Positions 15,901 to 32,184 of a DNA stretch of 64,000 bases are shown one piece after another. Both the position numbers and the translations under genes were made by a program. Position 1 is the first letter of the stretch, and each line of letters opens with the position of its first letter. The notes under the pieces are model-generated. The model ran no database searches. It was given only the letters and a program-made list of their open reading frames with translations, and was not told the DNA's origin. Origin of the DNA: Eledone cirrhosa (taxonomy: Eukaryota); contig OZ024744.1 of the NCBI GenBank assembly GCA_964016885.1, forward strand, positions 114,328,001-114,392,000, given 5' to 3'.

Positions 15901-18900
15901 GTGTAGTACAATATAATGTATGTGGTGTAGTCCAATATAATATATGTGGTGTAGTAGAGTATAATGTATGTGGTGTAGTACAATATAATATATGTGGTGT
16001 AGTAGAGTATAATGTATGTGGTGTAGTACAATATAATGTATGTGGTGTAGTACAATATAATGTATGTGGTGTAGTACAATATAATGTATGTGGTGTAGTA
16101 CAATATAATGTATGTAGTGTAGTACAATATAATGTATGTGGTGTAGTACAATATAATGTATGTGGTGTAGTACAATATAATATATGTGGTGTAGTACAAT
16201 ATAATGTATGTGGTGTAGTACAATATAATGTATGTGTTGTAGTACAATATAATATATGTGGTGTAGTACAATATAATGTATGTGGTGTAGTACAATATAA
16301 TATATGTGGTGTAGTACAATATAATGTATGTGGTGTAGTACAATATAATATATGTGGTGTAGTACAATATAACATAAGTAGTGTAGTACAATATAATGTA
16401 TGTGGTGTAGTACAATATAATGTATGTGGTGTAGTACAATATAATGTATGTGGTGTAGTACAATATAATATATGTGGTGTAGTACAATATAATGTATGTG
16501 GTGTAGTACAATATAATATATGTGGTGTAGTACAATATAATGTATGTGGTGTAGTACAATATAATGTATGTGGTGTAGTACAATATAATATATGTCGTGT
16601 AGTACAATATAATGTATGTTGTGTAGTACAATATAATATATGTTGTGTAGTACAATATAATGTATGTGGTGTAGTACAATATAATGTATGTGGTGTAGTA
16701 CAATATAATATATGTGGTGTAGTACAATATAATGTATGTGGTGTAGTACAATATAATGTATGTAGTGTAGTACAATATAATATATGTGGTGTAGTACAAT
16801 ATAATATATGTGGTGTAGTACAATATAATATATGTGGTGTAGTACAATATAATGTATGTGGTGTAGTACAATATAATGTATGTGGTGTAGTACAATATAA
16901 TGTATGTGGTGTAGTACAATATAATGTATGTGGTGTAGTACAATATAATGTATGTGGTGTAGTACAATATAATATATGTGGTGTAGTACAATATAATGTA
17001 TGTTGTGTAGTACAATATAATGTATGTGGTGTAGTACAATATAACATATGTTGTGTAGTACAATATAATATACGTGGTGTAGTACAATATAATGTATGTG
17101 GTGTAGTACAATATAATATATGTGGTGTAGTACAATATAATATATGTGGTGTAGTACAATATAATGTATGTGGTGTAGTATAATGTATGTGGTGTAGTAC
17201 AATATAATGTATGTGGTGTAGTACAATATAATATATGTGGTGTAGTACAATATAATGTATGTGGTGTAGTACAATATAATATATGTGGTGTAGTACAATA
17301 TAATGTATGTGGTGTAGTACAATATAATGTATGTGGTGTAGTACAATATAATATATGTGGTGTAGTAGAGTATAATGTATGTGGTGTAGTACAATATAAT
17401 ATATGTGGTGTAGTAGAGTATAATGTATGTGGTGTAGTACAATATAATGTATGTGGTGTAGTACAATATAATGTATGTGGTGTAGTACAATATAATGTAT
17501 GTGGTGTAGTACAATATAATGTATGTAGTGTAGTACAATATAATGTATGTGGTGTAGTACAATATAATGTATGTGGTGTAGTACAATATAATATATGTGG
17601 TGTAGTACAATATAATGTATGTGGTGTAGTACAATATAATATATGTGGTGTAGTACAATATAATGTATGTGGTGTAGTACAATATAATGTATGTGGTGTA
17701 GTACAATATAATGTATGTGGTGTAGTACAATATAATGTATGTCGTGTAGTACAATATAATGTATGTGGTGTAGTACAATATAATGTATGTGGTGTAGTAC
17801 AATATAATATATGTGGTGTAGTACAATATTATGTATGTGGTGTAGTACAATATAATGTATGTGGTGTAGTACAATATAATGTATGTGGTGTAGTACAATA
17901 TAATGTATGTTGTGTAGTACAATATAATGTATGTGGTGTAGTACAATATAATATATGTTGTGTAGTACAATATAATATATGTGGTGTAGTACAATATAAT
18001 GTATGTGGTGTAGTACAATATAATATATGTGGTGTAGTACAATATAATGTATGTGGTGTAGTACAATATAATATATGTGGTGTAGTACAATATAATGTAT
18101 GTGGTGTAGTACAATATAATGTATGTGGTGTAGTACAATATAATATATGTGGTGTAGTAGAGTATAATGTATGTGGTGTAGTACAATATAATATATGTGG
18201 TGTAGTAGAGTATAATGTATGTGGTGTAGTACAATATAATGTATGTGGTGTAGTACAATATAATGTATGTGGTGTAGTACAATATAATATATGTGGTGTA
18301 GTACAATATAATGTATGTGGTGTAGTACAATATAATGTATGTGGTGTAGTACAATATAATATATGTGGTGTAGTACAATATAATATATGTGGTGTAGTAC
18401 AATATAATATATGTGGTGTAGTACAATATAATATATGTGGTGTAGTACAATATAATATATGTGGTATAGTACAATATAATGTATGTGGTGTAGTACAATA
18501 TAATGTATGTGGTGTAGTACAATATAATGTATGTGGTGTAGTACAATATAATATATGTGGTGTAGTACAATATAATGTATGTGGTGTAGTACAATATAAT
18601 GTATGTGGTGTAGTACAATATAATGTATGTTGTGTAGTACAATATAATGTATGTTGTGTAGTACAATATAATGTATGTGGTGTAGTACAATATAATATAT
18701 GTTGTGTAGTACAATATAATATATGTGGTGTAGTACATTATAATGTATGTGGTGTAGTACAATATAATATATGTGGTGTAGTACAATATAATATATGTGG
18801 TGTAGTACAATATAATATATGTGGTGTAGAACAATATAATATATGTGGTGTAGTACAATATAATGTATGTAGTGTAGTACACTATAATATATGTGGTGTT

Positions 18901-21900
18901 GTACAATATAATATATGTGGTATAGTACAATGTAATGTATGTGGTGTAGTACAATATAATATATGTGGTGTAGTACATTATAATGTATGTGGTGTAGTAC
19001 AATATAATATATGTGGTGTAGTACAATATAATATATGTGGTGTAGTACAATATAATGTATGTAGTGTAGTACACTATAATATATGTGGTGTAGTACAATA
19101 TAATATATGTGGTGTAGTACAATATAATGTATGTGGTGTAGTACAATATAATATATGTGGTGTATTACAATATAATGTATGTGGTGTAGTACAATATAAT
19201 GTATGTGGTGTAGTACAATATAATGTATGTGGTGTAGTACAATAAAATATATGTGGTGTAGTACAATATAATGTATGTGGTGTAGTACAATATAATATAT
19301 GTGGTGTAGTACAATATAATATATGTGGTGTAGTACAATATAATATATGTGGTGTAGTACAATATAATGTATGTGGTGTAGTACAATATAATATATCTGG
19401 TGTAGTACAATATAATGTATGTGGTGTAGTACAATATAATGTATGTGATGTAGTACAATATAATATATGTGGTGTAGTACAATATAATGTATGTGGTGTA
19501 GTACAATATAATATATGTGGTTTAGTACAATATAATGTATGTGGTGTAGTACAATATAATGTATGTGGTGTAGTACAATATAATATATGTGGTGTAGTAC
19601 AATATAATGTATGTGGTGTAGTACAATATAATGTATGTGGTGTAGTACAATATAATATATGTGGTTTAGTACAATATAATGTATGTGGTGTAGTAAAATA
19701 TAATATATGTGGTGTACTACAATATAATATATGTGGTGTAGTACAATATAATGTATGTGGTGTAGTATAATGTATGTGGTGTAGTACAATATAATATATG
19801 TGGTGTAGTACAATATAATGTATGTGGTGTAGTACAATATAATGTATGTGGTGTAGTACAATATAATGTATGTGGTGTAGTACAATATATGTGGTGTAGT
19901 ACAATATAATGTATGTGGTGTAGTACAATATAATATATGTGGTGTAGTACAATATAATGTATGTGGTGTAGTACAATATAATGTATGTGGTGTAGTACAA
20001 TATAATATATGTGGTGTAGTACAATATAATGTATGTGGTGTAGTACAATATAATGTATGTGGTGTAGTACAATATAATGTATGTGGTGTAGTACAATATA
20101 ATATATGTGGTGTAGTACAATATAATGTATGTGGTGTAGTACAATATAATATATGTGGTGTAGTACAATATAATGTATGTGGTGTAGTACAATATAATAT
20201 ATGTGGTGTAGTACAATATAACATATGTGGTGTAGTACAATATAATGTATGTGGTGTAGTACAATATAATGTATGTGGTGTAGTACAATATAATGTATGT
20301 GGTGTAGTACAATATAATATATGTGGTGTAGTACAATATAATGTATGTGGTGTAGTACAATATAATATATGTGGTGTAGTACAATATAATATATGTGGTG
20401 TAGTACAATATAATGTATGTGGTGTAATTCAATATAATGTATGTGGTGTAGTACAATATAATGTATGTGGTGTAGTACAATATAATATATGTGGTGTAGT
20501 ACAATATAATGTATGTGGTGTAGTACGATATAATATATGTGGTGTAGTACAATATAATGTATGTGGTGTAGTACAATATAATATATGAGGTGTAGTACAA
20601 TATAATGTATGTGGTGTAGTACAATAAAATGTATGTGGTGTAGTACAATATAATATATGTGGTGTAGTACAATATAATATATGTGGTGTAGTACAATATA
20701 ATGTATGTGGTGTAGTACAATATAATATATGTGGTGTAGTACAATATAATGTATGTGGTGTAGTACAATATAATGTATGTGGTGTAGTACAATATAATAT
20801 ATGTGGTGTAGTACAATATAATGTATGTTGTGTAGTACAATATAATGTATGTGGTGTAGTACAACATAATTGATGTGGTGTAGTACAATATAATATATAT
20901 TGGTGTAGTACAATATAATGTATGTGGTGTAGTACAATATAATGTATGTGGTGTAGTACAATATAATATATGTGGTGTAGTACAATATAATGTAAGTTGT
21001 GTAGTACAATATAATATATGTGGTGTAGTACAATATAATATATGTGGTGTAGTACAATATAATATATGTGGTGTAGTACAATATAATGTATGTGGTGTAG
21101 CTCAATATAATGTATGTGGTGTAGTACAATATAATGTATGTGGTGTAGTACAATATAATATAGGTGGTGTAGTACAATATAATGTATGTGGTGTAGTACG
21201 ATATAATATATGTGGTGTAGTACAATATAATGTATGTGGTGTAGTACAATATAATATATGAGGTGTAGTACAATATAATGTATGTGGTGTAGTACAATAT
21301 AATGTATGTGGTGTAGTACAATATAATGTATGTGGTGTAGTACAATATAATGTATGTGGTGTAGTATAATATAATGTATGTGGTGTAGTACAATATAATG
21401 TATGTGGTGTAGTACAATATAATGTATGTGGTGTAGTACAATATAATAGATGTGGTGTAGTACAATATAATGTATGTGGTGTAGTACAATATAATATATG
21501 TGGTGTAGTACAATATAATATATGTGGTGTAGTACAATATAATGTATGTAGTGTAGTACACTATAATATATGTGGTGTAGTACAATATAATGTATGTGGT
21601 GTAGTACAATATAATGTATGTGGTGTAGTACAATATAATATATGTGGTGTAGTACAATATAATATATGTGGTGTAGTACAATATAATGTATGTAGTGTAG
21701 TACACTATGATATATGTGGTGTAGTACAATATAATGTATGTGGTGTAGTACAATATAATGTATGTGGTGTAGTACAATATAATATATGTGGTGTAGTACA
21801 ATATAATGTATGTGGTGTAGTACAATATAATGTATGTGGTGTAGTACAATATAATGTATGTGGTGTAGTACAATATAATATATGTGGTGTAGTACAATAT

Positions 21901-24900
21901 AATGTATGTTGTGTAGTACAATATAATATATGTCGTGTAGTACGATATAATATATGTAGTGTAGTACAATATAATGTATGTGGTGTAGTACAATATAATA
22001 TATGTGGTGTAGTACAATATAATATATATGGTGTAGTACAATATAATGTATGTGGTGTAGTACAATATAATGTATGTGGTGTAGTACAATATAATATATG
22101 TGGTGTAGTACAATATAATGTATGTTGTGTAGTACAATATAATGTATGTGGTGTAGTACAACATAATTGATGTGGTGTAGTACAATATAATATATATTGG
22201 TGTAGTACAATATAATGTATGTGGTGTAGTACAATATAATGTATGTGGTGTAGTACAATATAATATATGTGGTGTAGTACAATATAATGTAAGTTGTGTA
22301 GTACAATATAATATATGTGGTGTAGTACAATATAATATATGTGGTGTAGTACAATATAATATATGTGGTGTAGTACAATATAATGTATGTGGTGTAGCTC
22401 AATATAATGTATGTGGTGTAGTACAATATAATGTATGTGGTGTAGTACAATATAATATAGGTGGTGTAGTACAATATAATGTATGTGGTGTAGTACGATA
22501 TAATATATGTGGTGTAGTACAATATAATGTATGTGGTGTAGTACAATATAATATATGAGGTGTAGTACAATATAATGTATGTGGTGTAGTACAATATAAT
22601 GTATGTGGTGTAGTACAATATAATATATGTGGTGTAGTACAATATAATGTATGTGGTGTAGTACAATATAATGTATGTGGTTTAGTACAATATAATATAT
22701 GTGGTGTAGTACAATATAATGTATGTTGTGTAGTACAATATAATATATGTGGTTTAGTACAATATAATGTATGTGGTGTAGTACAATATAATGTATGTGG
22801 TGTAGTACAACATAATATATGTGGTGTAGTACAATATATAATGTATGTGGTGTAGTACAATATAATGTATGTGGTGTAGTACAATATAATATATGTGGTG
22901 TAGTACAATATAATATATGTGGTGTAGTACAATATAATATATGTGGTGTAGTACAATATAATGTATGTGGTGTAGTACAATATATTGTATGTGGTGTAGT
23001 ACAATATAATGTATGTGGTGTAGTACAATATAATGTATGTGGTGTAGTACAATATAATGTATGTGGTGTAGTACAATATAATGTATGTGGTGTAGTATAA
23101 TATAATGTATGTGGTGTAGTACAATATAATGTATGTGGTGTAGTACAATATAATGTATGTGGTGTAGTACAATATAATAGATGTGGTGTAGTACAATATA
23201 ATGTATGTGGTGTAGTACAATATAATATATGTGGTGTAGTACAATATAATATATGTGGTGTAGTACAATATAATGTATGTAGTGTAGTACACTATAATAT
23301 ATGTGGTGTAGTACAATATAATGTATGTGGTGTAGTACAATATAATGTATGTGGTGTAGTACAATATAATATATGTGGTGTAGTACAATATAATATATGT
23401 GGTGTAGTACAATATAATGTATGTAGTGTAGTACACTATGATATATGTGGTGTAGTACAATATAATGTATGTGGTGTAGTACAATATAATGTATGTGGTG
23501 TAGTACAATATAATATATGTGGTGTAGTACAATATAATGTATGTGGTGTAGTACAATATAATGTATGTGGTGTAGTACAATATAATGTATGTGGTGTAGT
23601 ACAATATAATATATGTGGTGTAGTACAATATAATGTATGTTGTGTAGTACAATATAATATATGTCGTGTAGTACGATATAATATATGTAGTGTAGTACAA
23701 TATAATGTATGTGGTGTAGTACAATATAATATATGTGGTGTAGTACAATATAATATATATGGTGTAGTACAATATAATGTATGTGGTGTAGTACAATATA
23801 ATGTATGTGGTGTAGTACAATATAATGTATGTGGTGTAGTACAATATAATATATGTGGTGTAGTACAATATAATATATGTGGTGTAGTACAATATAATAT
23901 ATGTGGTGTAGTACAATATAATGTATGTGGTGTAGTACAATATAATATATGTGGTTTAGTACAATATAATGTATGTGGTGTAGTACAATATAATGTATGT
24001 GGTGTAGTACAATATAATATATGTGGTGTAGTACAATATAATGTATGTGGTGTAGTACAATATAATGTATGTGGTGTAGTACAATATAATATATGTGGTG
24101 TAGTAAAATATAATATATGTGGTGTAGTACAATATAATATATGTGGTGTAGTACAATATAATGTATGTGGTGTAGTATAATGTATGTGGTGTAGTACAAT
24201 ATAATATATGTGGTGTAGTACAATATAATGTATGTGGTGTAGTACAATATAATGTATGTGGTGTAGTACAATATAATGTATGTGGTGTAGTACAATATAT
24301 GTGGTGTAGTACAATATAATGTATGTGGTGTAGTACAATATAATATATGTGGTGTAGTACAATATAATGTATGTGGTGTAGTACAATATAATGTATGTGG
24401 TGTAGTACAATATAATATATGTGGTGTAGTACAATATAATGTATGTGGTGTAGTACAATATAATGTATGTGGTGTAGTACAATATAATATATGTGGTGTA
24501 GTACAATATAATGTATGTGGTGTAGTACAATATAATGTATGTGGTGTAGTACAATATAATGTATGTGGTGTAGTACAATATAATATATGTGGTGTAGTAC
24601 AATATAATGTATGTGGTGTAGTACAATATAATATATGTGGTGTAGTACAATATAATGTATGTGGTGTAGTACAATATAATATATGTGGTGTAGTACAATA
24701 TAATGTATGTGGTGTAGTACAATATAATGTATGTGGTGTAGTACAATATAATGTATGTGGTGTAGTACAATATAATGTATGTGGTGTAGTACAATATAAT
24801 ATATGTGGTGTAGTACAATATAATGTATGTGGTGTAGTACAATATAATATATGTGGTGTAGTACAATATAATATATGTGGTGTAGTACAATATAATGTAT

Positions 24901-27900
24901 GTGGTGTAGTACAATATAATATATGTGGTGTAGTACAATATAATGTATGTGGTGTAGTACAATATAATGTATGTGGTGTAGTACAATATAATATATGTGG
25001 TGTAGTACAATATAATGTATGTTGTGTAGTACAATATAATGTATGTGGTGTAGTACAACATAATTGATGTGGTGTAGTACAATATAATATATATTGGTGT
25101 AGTACAATATAATGTATGTGGTGTAGTACAATATAATGTATGTGGTGTAGTACAATATAATATATGTGGTGTAGTACAATATAATGTAAGTTGTGTAGTA
25201 CAATATAATATATGTGGTGTAGTACAATATAATATATGTGGTGTAGTACAATATAATATATGTGGTGTAGTACAATATAATGTATGTGGTGTAGTACAAT
25301 ATAATATATGTGGTGTAGTACAATATAATATATGTGGTGTAGTACAATATAATGTATGTGGTGTAGTACAATATAATATATGTGGTGTAGTACAATATAA
25401 TGTATGTGGTGTAGTACAATATAATGTATGTGGTGTAGTACAATATAATATATGTGGTGTAGTACAATATAATGTATGTTGTGTAGTACAATATAATGTA
25501 TGTGGTGTAGTACAACATAATTGATGTGGTGTAGTACAATATAATATATATTGGTGTAGTACAATATAATGTATGTGGTGTAGTACAATATAATGTATGT
25601 GGTGTAGTACAATATAATATATGTGGTGTAGTACAATATAATGTAAGTTGTGTAGTACAATATAATATATGTGGTGTAGTACAATATAATATATGTGGTG
25701 TAGTACAATATAATATATGTGGTGTAGTACAATATAATGTATGTGGTGTAGTACAATATAATATATGTGGTGTAGTACAATATAATATATGTGGTGTAGT
25801 ACAATATAATGTATGTGGTGTAGTACAATATAATATATGTGGTGTAGTACAATATAATGTATGTGGTGTAGTACAATATAATGTATGTGGTGTAGTACAA
25901 TATAATATATGTGGTGTAGTACAATATAATGTATGTTGTGTAGTACAATATAATGTATGTGGTGTAGTACAACATAATTGATGTGGTGTAGTACAATATA
26001 ATATATATTGGTGTAGTACAATATAATGTATGTGGTGTAGTACAATATAATGTATGTGGTGTAGTACAATATAATATATGTGGTGTAGTACAATATAATG
26101 TAAGTTGTGTAGTACAATATAATATATGTTGTGTAGTACAATATAATATATGTGGTGTAGTACAATATAATATATGTGGTGTAGTACAATATAATGTATG
26201 TGGTGTAGCTCAATATAATGTATGTGGTGTAGTACAATATAATGTATGTGGTGTAGTACAATATAATATAGGTGGTGTAGTACAATATAATGTATGTGGT
26301 GTAGTACGATATAATATATGTGGTGTAGTACAATATAATGTATGTGGTGTAGTACAATATAATATATGAGGTGTAGTACAATATAATGTATGTGGTGTAG
26401 TACAATATAATGTATGTGGTGTAGTACAATATAATATATGTGGTGTAGTACAATATAATGTATGTTGTGTAGTACAATATAATATATTTGGTTTAGTACA
26501 ATATAATGTATGTGGTGTAGTACAATATAATGTATGTGGTGTAGTACAATATAATATATGTGGTGTAGTACAATATATAATGTATTTGGTGTAGTACAAT
26601 ATAATGTATGTGGTGTAGTACAATATAATATATGTGGTGTAGTACAATATAATATATGTGGTGTAGTACAATATAATATATGTGGTGTAGTACAATATAA
26701 TGTATGTGGTGTAGTACAATATATTGTATGTGGTGTAGTACAATATAATGTATGTGGTGTAGTACAATATAATGTATGTGGTGTAGTACAATATAATGTA
26801 TGTGGTGTAGTACAATATAATGTATGTGGTGTAGTATAATATAATGTATGTGGTGTAGTACAATATAATGTATGTGGTGTAGTACAATATAATGTATGTG
26901 GTGTAGTACAATATAATAGATGTGGTGTAGTACAATATAATGTATGTGGTGTAGTACAATATAATATATGTGGTGTAGTACAATATAATATATGTGGTGT
27001 AGTACAATATAATGTATGTGGTGTAGTACAATATAATGTATGTGGTGTAGTACAATATAATATATGTGGTGTAGTAAAATATAATATATGTGGTGTAGTA
27101 CAATATAATATATGTGGTGTAGTACAATATAATGTATGTGGTGTAGTATAATGTATGTGGTGTAGTACAATATAATATATGTGGTGTAGTACAATATAAT
27201 GTATGTGGTGTAGTACAATATAATGTATGTGGTGTAGTACAATATAATGTATGTGGTGTAGTACAATATATGTGGTGTAGTACAATATAATGTATGTGGT
27301 GTAGTACAATATAATATATGTGGTGTAGTACAATATAATGTATGTGGTGTAGTACAATATAATGTATGTGGTGTAGTACAATATAATATATGTGGTGTAG
27401 TACAATATAATGTATGTGGTGTAGTACAATATAATGTATGTGGTGTAGTACAATATAATATATGTGGTGTAGTACAATATAATGTATGTGGTGTAGTACA
27501 ATATAATGTATGTGGTGTAGTACAATATAATGTATGTGGTGTAGTACAATATAATATATGTGGTGTAGTACAATATAATGTATGTGGTGTAGTACAATAT
27601 AATATATGTGGTGTAGTACAATATAATGTATGTGGTGTAGTACAATATAATATATGTGGTGTAGTACAATATAATGTATGTGGTGTAGTACAATATAATG
27701 TATGTGGTGTAGTACAATATAATGTATGTGGTGTAGTACAATATAATGTATGTGGTGTAGTACAATATAATATATGTGGTGTAGTACAATATAATGTATG
27801 TGGTGTAGTACAATATAATATATGTGGTGTAGTACAATATAATATATGTGGTGTAGTACAATATAATGTATGTGGTGTAGTACAATATAATATATGTGGT

Positions 27901-30900
27901 GTAGTACAATATAATGTATGTGGTGTAGTACAATATAATGTATGTGGTGTAGTACAATATAATATATGTGGTGTAGTACAATATAATGTATGTTGTGTAG
28001 TACAATATAATGTATGTGGTGTAGTACAACATAATTGATGTGGTGTAGTACAATATAATATATATTGGTGTAGTACAATATAATGTATGTGGTGTAGTAC
28101 AATATAATGTATGTGGTGTAGTACAATATAATATATGTGGTGTAGTACAATATAATGTAAGTTGTGTAGTACAATATAATATATGTGGTGTAGTACAATA
28201 TAATATATGTGGTGTAGTACAATATAATATATGTGGTGTAGTACAATATAATGTATGTGGTGTAGTACAATATAATATATGTGGTGTAGTACAATATAAT
28301 ATATGTGGTGTAGTACAATATAATGTATGTGGTGTAGTACAATATAATATATGTGGTGTAGTACAATATAATGTATGTGGTGTAGTACAATATAATGTAT
28401 GTGGTGTAGTACAATATAATATATGTGGTGTAGTACAATATAATGTATGTTGTGTAGTACAATATAATGTATGTGGTGTAGTACAACATAATTGATGTGG
28501 TGTAGTACAATATAATATATATTGGTGTAGTACAATATAATGTATGTGGTGTAGTACAATATAATGTATGTGGTGTAGTGCAATATAATATATGTGGTGT
28601 AGTACAATATAATGTAAGTTGTGTAGTACAATATAATATATGTGGTGTAGTACAATATAATATATGTGGTGTAGTACAATATAATATATGTGGTGTAGTA
28701 CAATATAATGTATGTGGTGTAGTACAATATAATATATGTGGTGTAGTACAATATAATATATGTGGTGTAGTACAATATAATGTATGTGGTGTAGTACAAT
28801 ATAATATATGTGGTGTAGTACAATATAATGTATGTGGTGTAGTACAATATAATGTATGTGGTGTAGTACAATATAATATATGTGGTGTAGTACAATATAA
28901 TGTATGTTGTGTAGTACAATATAATGTATGTGGTGTAGTACAACATAATTGATGTGGTGTAGTACAATATAATATATATTGGTGTAGTACAATATAATGT
29001 ATGTGGTGTAGTACAATATAATGTATGTGGTGTAGTACAATATAATATATGTGGTGTAGTACAATATAATGTAAGTTGTGTAGTACAATATAATATATGT
29101 TGTGTAGTACAATATAATATATGTGGTGTAGTACAATATAATATATGTGGTGTAGTACAATATAATGTATGTGGTGTAGCTCAATATAATGTATGTGGTG
29201 TAGTACAATATAATGTATGTGGTGTAGTACAATATAATATAGGTGGTGTAGTACAATATAATGTATGTGGTGTAGTACGATATAATATATGTGGTGTAGT
29301 ACAATATAATGTATGTGGTGTAGTACAATATAATATATGAGGTGTAGTACAATATAATGTATGTGGTGTAGTACAATATAATGTATGTGGTGTAGTACAA
29401 TATAATATATGTGGTGTAGTACAATATAATGTATGTTGTGTAGTACAATATAATATATGTGGTTTAGTACAATATAATGTATGTGGTGTAGTACAATATA
29501 ATGTATGTGGTGTAGTACAATATAATATATGTGGTGTAGTACAATATATAATGTATTTGGTGTAGTACAATATAATGTATGTGGTGTAGTACAATATAAT
29601 ATATGTGGTGTAGTACAATATAATATATGTGGTGTAGTACAATATAATATATGTGGTGTAGTACAATATAATGTATGTGGTGTAGTACAATATATTGTAT
29701 GTGGTGTAGTACAATATAATGTATGTGGTGTAGTACAATATAATGTATGTGGTGTAGTACAATATAATGTATGTGGTGTAGTACAATATAATGTATGTGG
29801 TGTAGTATAATATAATGTATGTGGTGTAGTACAATATAATGTATGTGGTGTAGTACAATATAATGTATGTGGTGTAGTACAATATAATAGATGTGGTGTA
29901 GTACAATATAATGTATGTGGTGTAGTACAATATAATATATGTGGTGTAGTACAATATAATATATGTGCTGTAGTACAATATAATGTATGTAGTGTAGTAC
30001 ACTATAATATATGTGGTGTAGTACAATATAATGTATGTGGTGTAGTACAATATAATGTATGTGGTGTAGTACAATATAATATATGTGGTGTAGTACAATA
30101 TAATATATGTGGTGTAGTACAATATAATGTATGTAGTGTAGTACACTATGATATATGTGGTGTAGTACAATATAATGTATGTGGTGTAGTACAATATAAT
30201 GTATGTGGTGTAGTACAATATAATGTATGTGGTGTAGTACAATATAATGTATGTGGTGTAGTACAATATAATGTATGTGGTGTAGTACAATATAATGTAT
30301 GTGGTGTAGTACAATATAATATATGTGGTGTAGTACAATATAATGTATGTTGTGTAGTACAATATAATATATGTCGTGTAGTACGATATAATATATGTAG
30401 TGTAGTACAATATAATGTATGTGGTGTAGTACAATATAATATATGTGGTGTAGTACAATATAATATATATGGTGTAGTACAATATAATGTATGTGGTGTA
30501 GTACAATATAATGTATGTGGTGTAGTACAATATAATGTATGTGGTGTAGTACAATATAATATATGTGGTGTAGTACAATATAATGTATGTGGTGTAGTAC
30601 AATATAATGTATGTGGTGTAGTACAATATAATGTATGTGGTGTAGTACAATATAATATATGTGGTGTAGTACAATATAATGTATGTGGTGTAGTACAATA
30701 TAATATATGTGGTGTAGTACAATATAATGTATGTGGTGTAGTACAATATAATATATGTGGTGTAGTACAATATAATATATGTGGTGTAGTACAATATAAT
30801 GTATGCAGTGTAGTACACTATAATATATGTGGTGTAGTACAATATAATGTATGTGGTGTAGTACAATATAATGTATGTGGTGTAGTACAATATAATATAT

Positions 30901-31305
30901 CTGGTGTCGTACAATATAATATATGTGGTGTAGTACAATATAATATATGTGGTGTAGTACAATATAATATATGTGGTGTAGTACAATATAATGTATGTAG
31001 TGTAGTACACTATAATATATGTGGTGTAGTACAATATAATGTATGTGGTGTAGTACAATATATTGTATGTGGTGTAGTACAATATAATGTATGTGGTGTA
31101 GTACAATATAATATATGTGGTGTATTACAATATAATGTATGTGGTGTAGTACAATATAATGTATGTAGTGTAGTACACTATAATATATGTGGTGTAGTAC
31201 AATATAATATATGTGGTGTAGTACAATATAATATATGTGGTGTAGTACAATATAATATATGTGGTGTAGTACAATATAATGTATGTGGTGTAGTATAATG
31301 TATGT
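970..31305. repeat. Giant 24-bp minisatellite array, unit ATGTGGTGTAGTACAATATAAT(G/A)T, about 1260 copies
   Basis: Directly visible 24-nt periodicity over ~30.3 kb, with occasional 19-, 25- and 26-bp variant units. Copy number is length divided by 24. Confidence 0.99.
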
Positions 31306-31823
31306 ATATATAAATATAAGAAATGCGATATAAATATAAAAATAAGGTGTTGGTGTAGACAAAAGTTCCATACTTTAAAGTGGAAAGGTGAAATAGAATC
31401 ACATAACCACTGACCTAGAGAGTCCGTCAGATCATAATCTAGTCCATGTTGAGTAACTATGTACGATTGGGTTCATTGTATGAGGAAGACTCAGTTTTAG
31501 CAGTTCCTCAGTTGTAGGTCCTCTCATAGTTTGCTCCTGGCCTGTGTTCTTCATTACATCATAAAACGCACAACTGTAATAGGAGCTATTTATATTAGGC
31601 TGTTTACCAAAGGGTAGAGCCAGTGGTTTGGGTTGCTAAACGATGATGCAACACATTGTAGTATCCAGTAGTTGGGGAGAAACATTGAAATATTCATTAA
31701 AACTATAACAGAAGGCCGAACTAGAAAATTTACTTTTAATCCCATGAAATCACATATTTCGATGGCCCAGCTCCATCATCTGATTATGATGCAAAACTAG
31801 GAGATCTCATCAAGTCTTATTTG

Positions 31824-32023
31824 CAAAGTTTCATACACTTAATATGTGCTACCATTGGTTTCGGAGTCCAAGTATGGACAAATATATATATATATATATA
31901 TATTTTTGTCTACATGCCCGAATAAAGGACCAGTTTAAAGTCCCTCCTACAATATACAGTGGTGGCCATAACTGGACCCTGAAACCAATGGTAGCTCATA
32001 CATGTTAAGAGTATGAAACTTTG
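31824..32023. repeat. About 50-bp imperfect inverted repeat with ~100-bp spacer (foldback/DNA-transposon remnant)
   Basis: caaagtttcatacacttaatatgtgctaccattggtttcggagtcca (31824-31870) matches the reverse complement of 31973-32023 (caaagtttcatactcttaacatgtatgagctaccattggtttcagggtcca). Confidence 0.7.
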
Positions 32024-32184
32024 TTTATACTAAATAAGCTCTCTTCCAACAGATTGAACACTGTTTTCCTTGATCTTTCATGTACAGATTTCTACCTCCG
32101 CCCCCATAATATACTCTTTTACCTGTTCCAGCTATCCAGCTGAGGCCATAAACAGATATATATATAGATATATATATATATATA

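Noticed and set aside
970-31305. Telomere-like array: shares GTATGTGGTGTA with the Kluyveromyces lactis telomeric repeat
   Set aside because: The array is internal, flanked by animal retroelements, and expanded by block duplication. A 12-nt low-complexity match is most likely chance.
719-31402. Huge ORFs (up to 3329 aa) of YYTTYIIL / HHIHYIVL / TTPHTLYC repeats
   Set aside because: The 24-bp unit has no stop codon in any minus-strand frame, so all three stay open. 19- and 25-bp units shift frame freely, showing no coding constraint.
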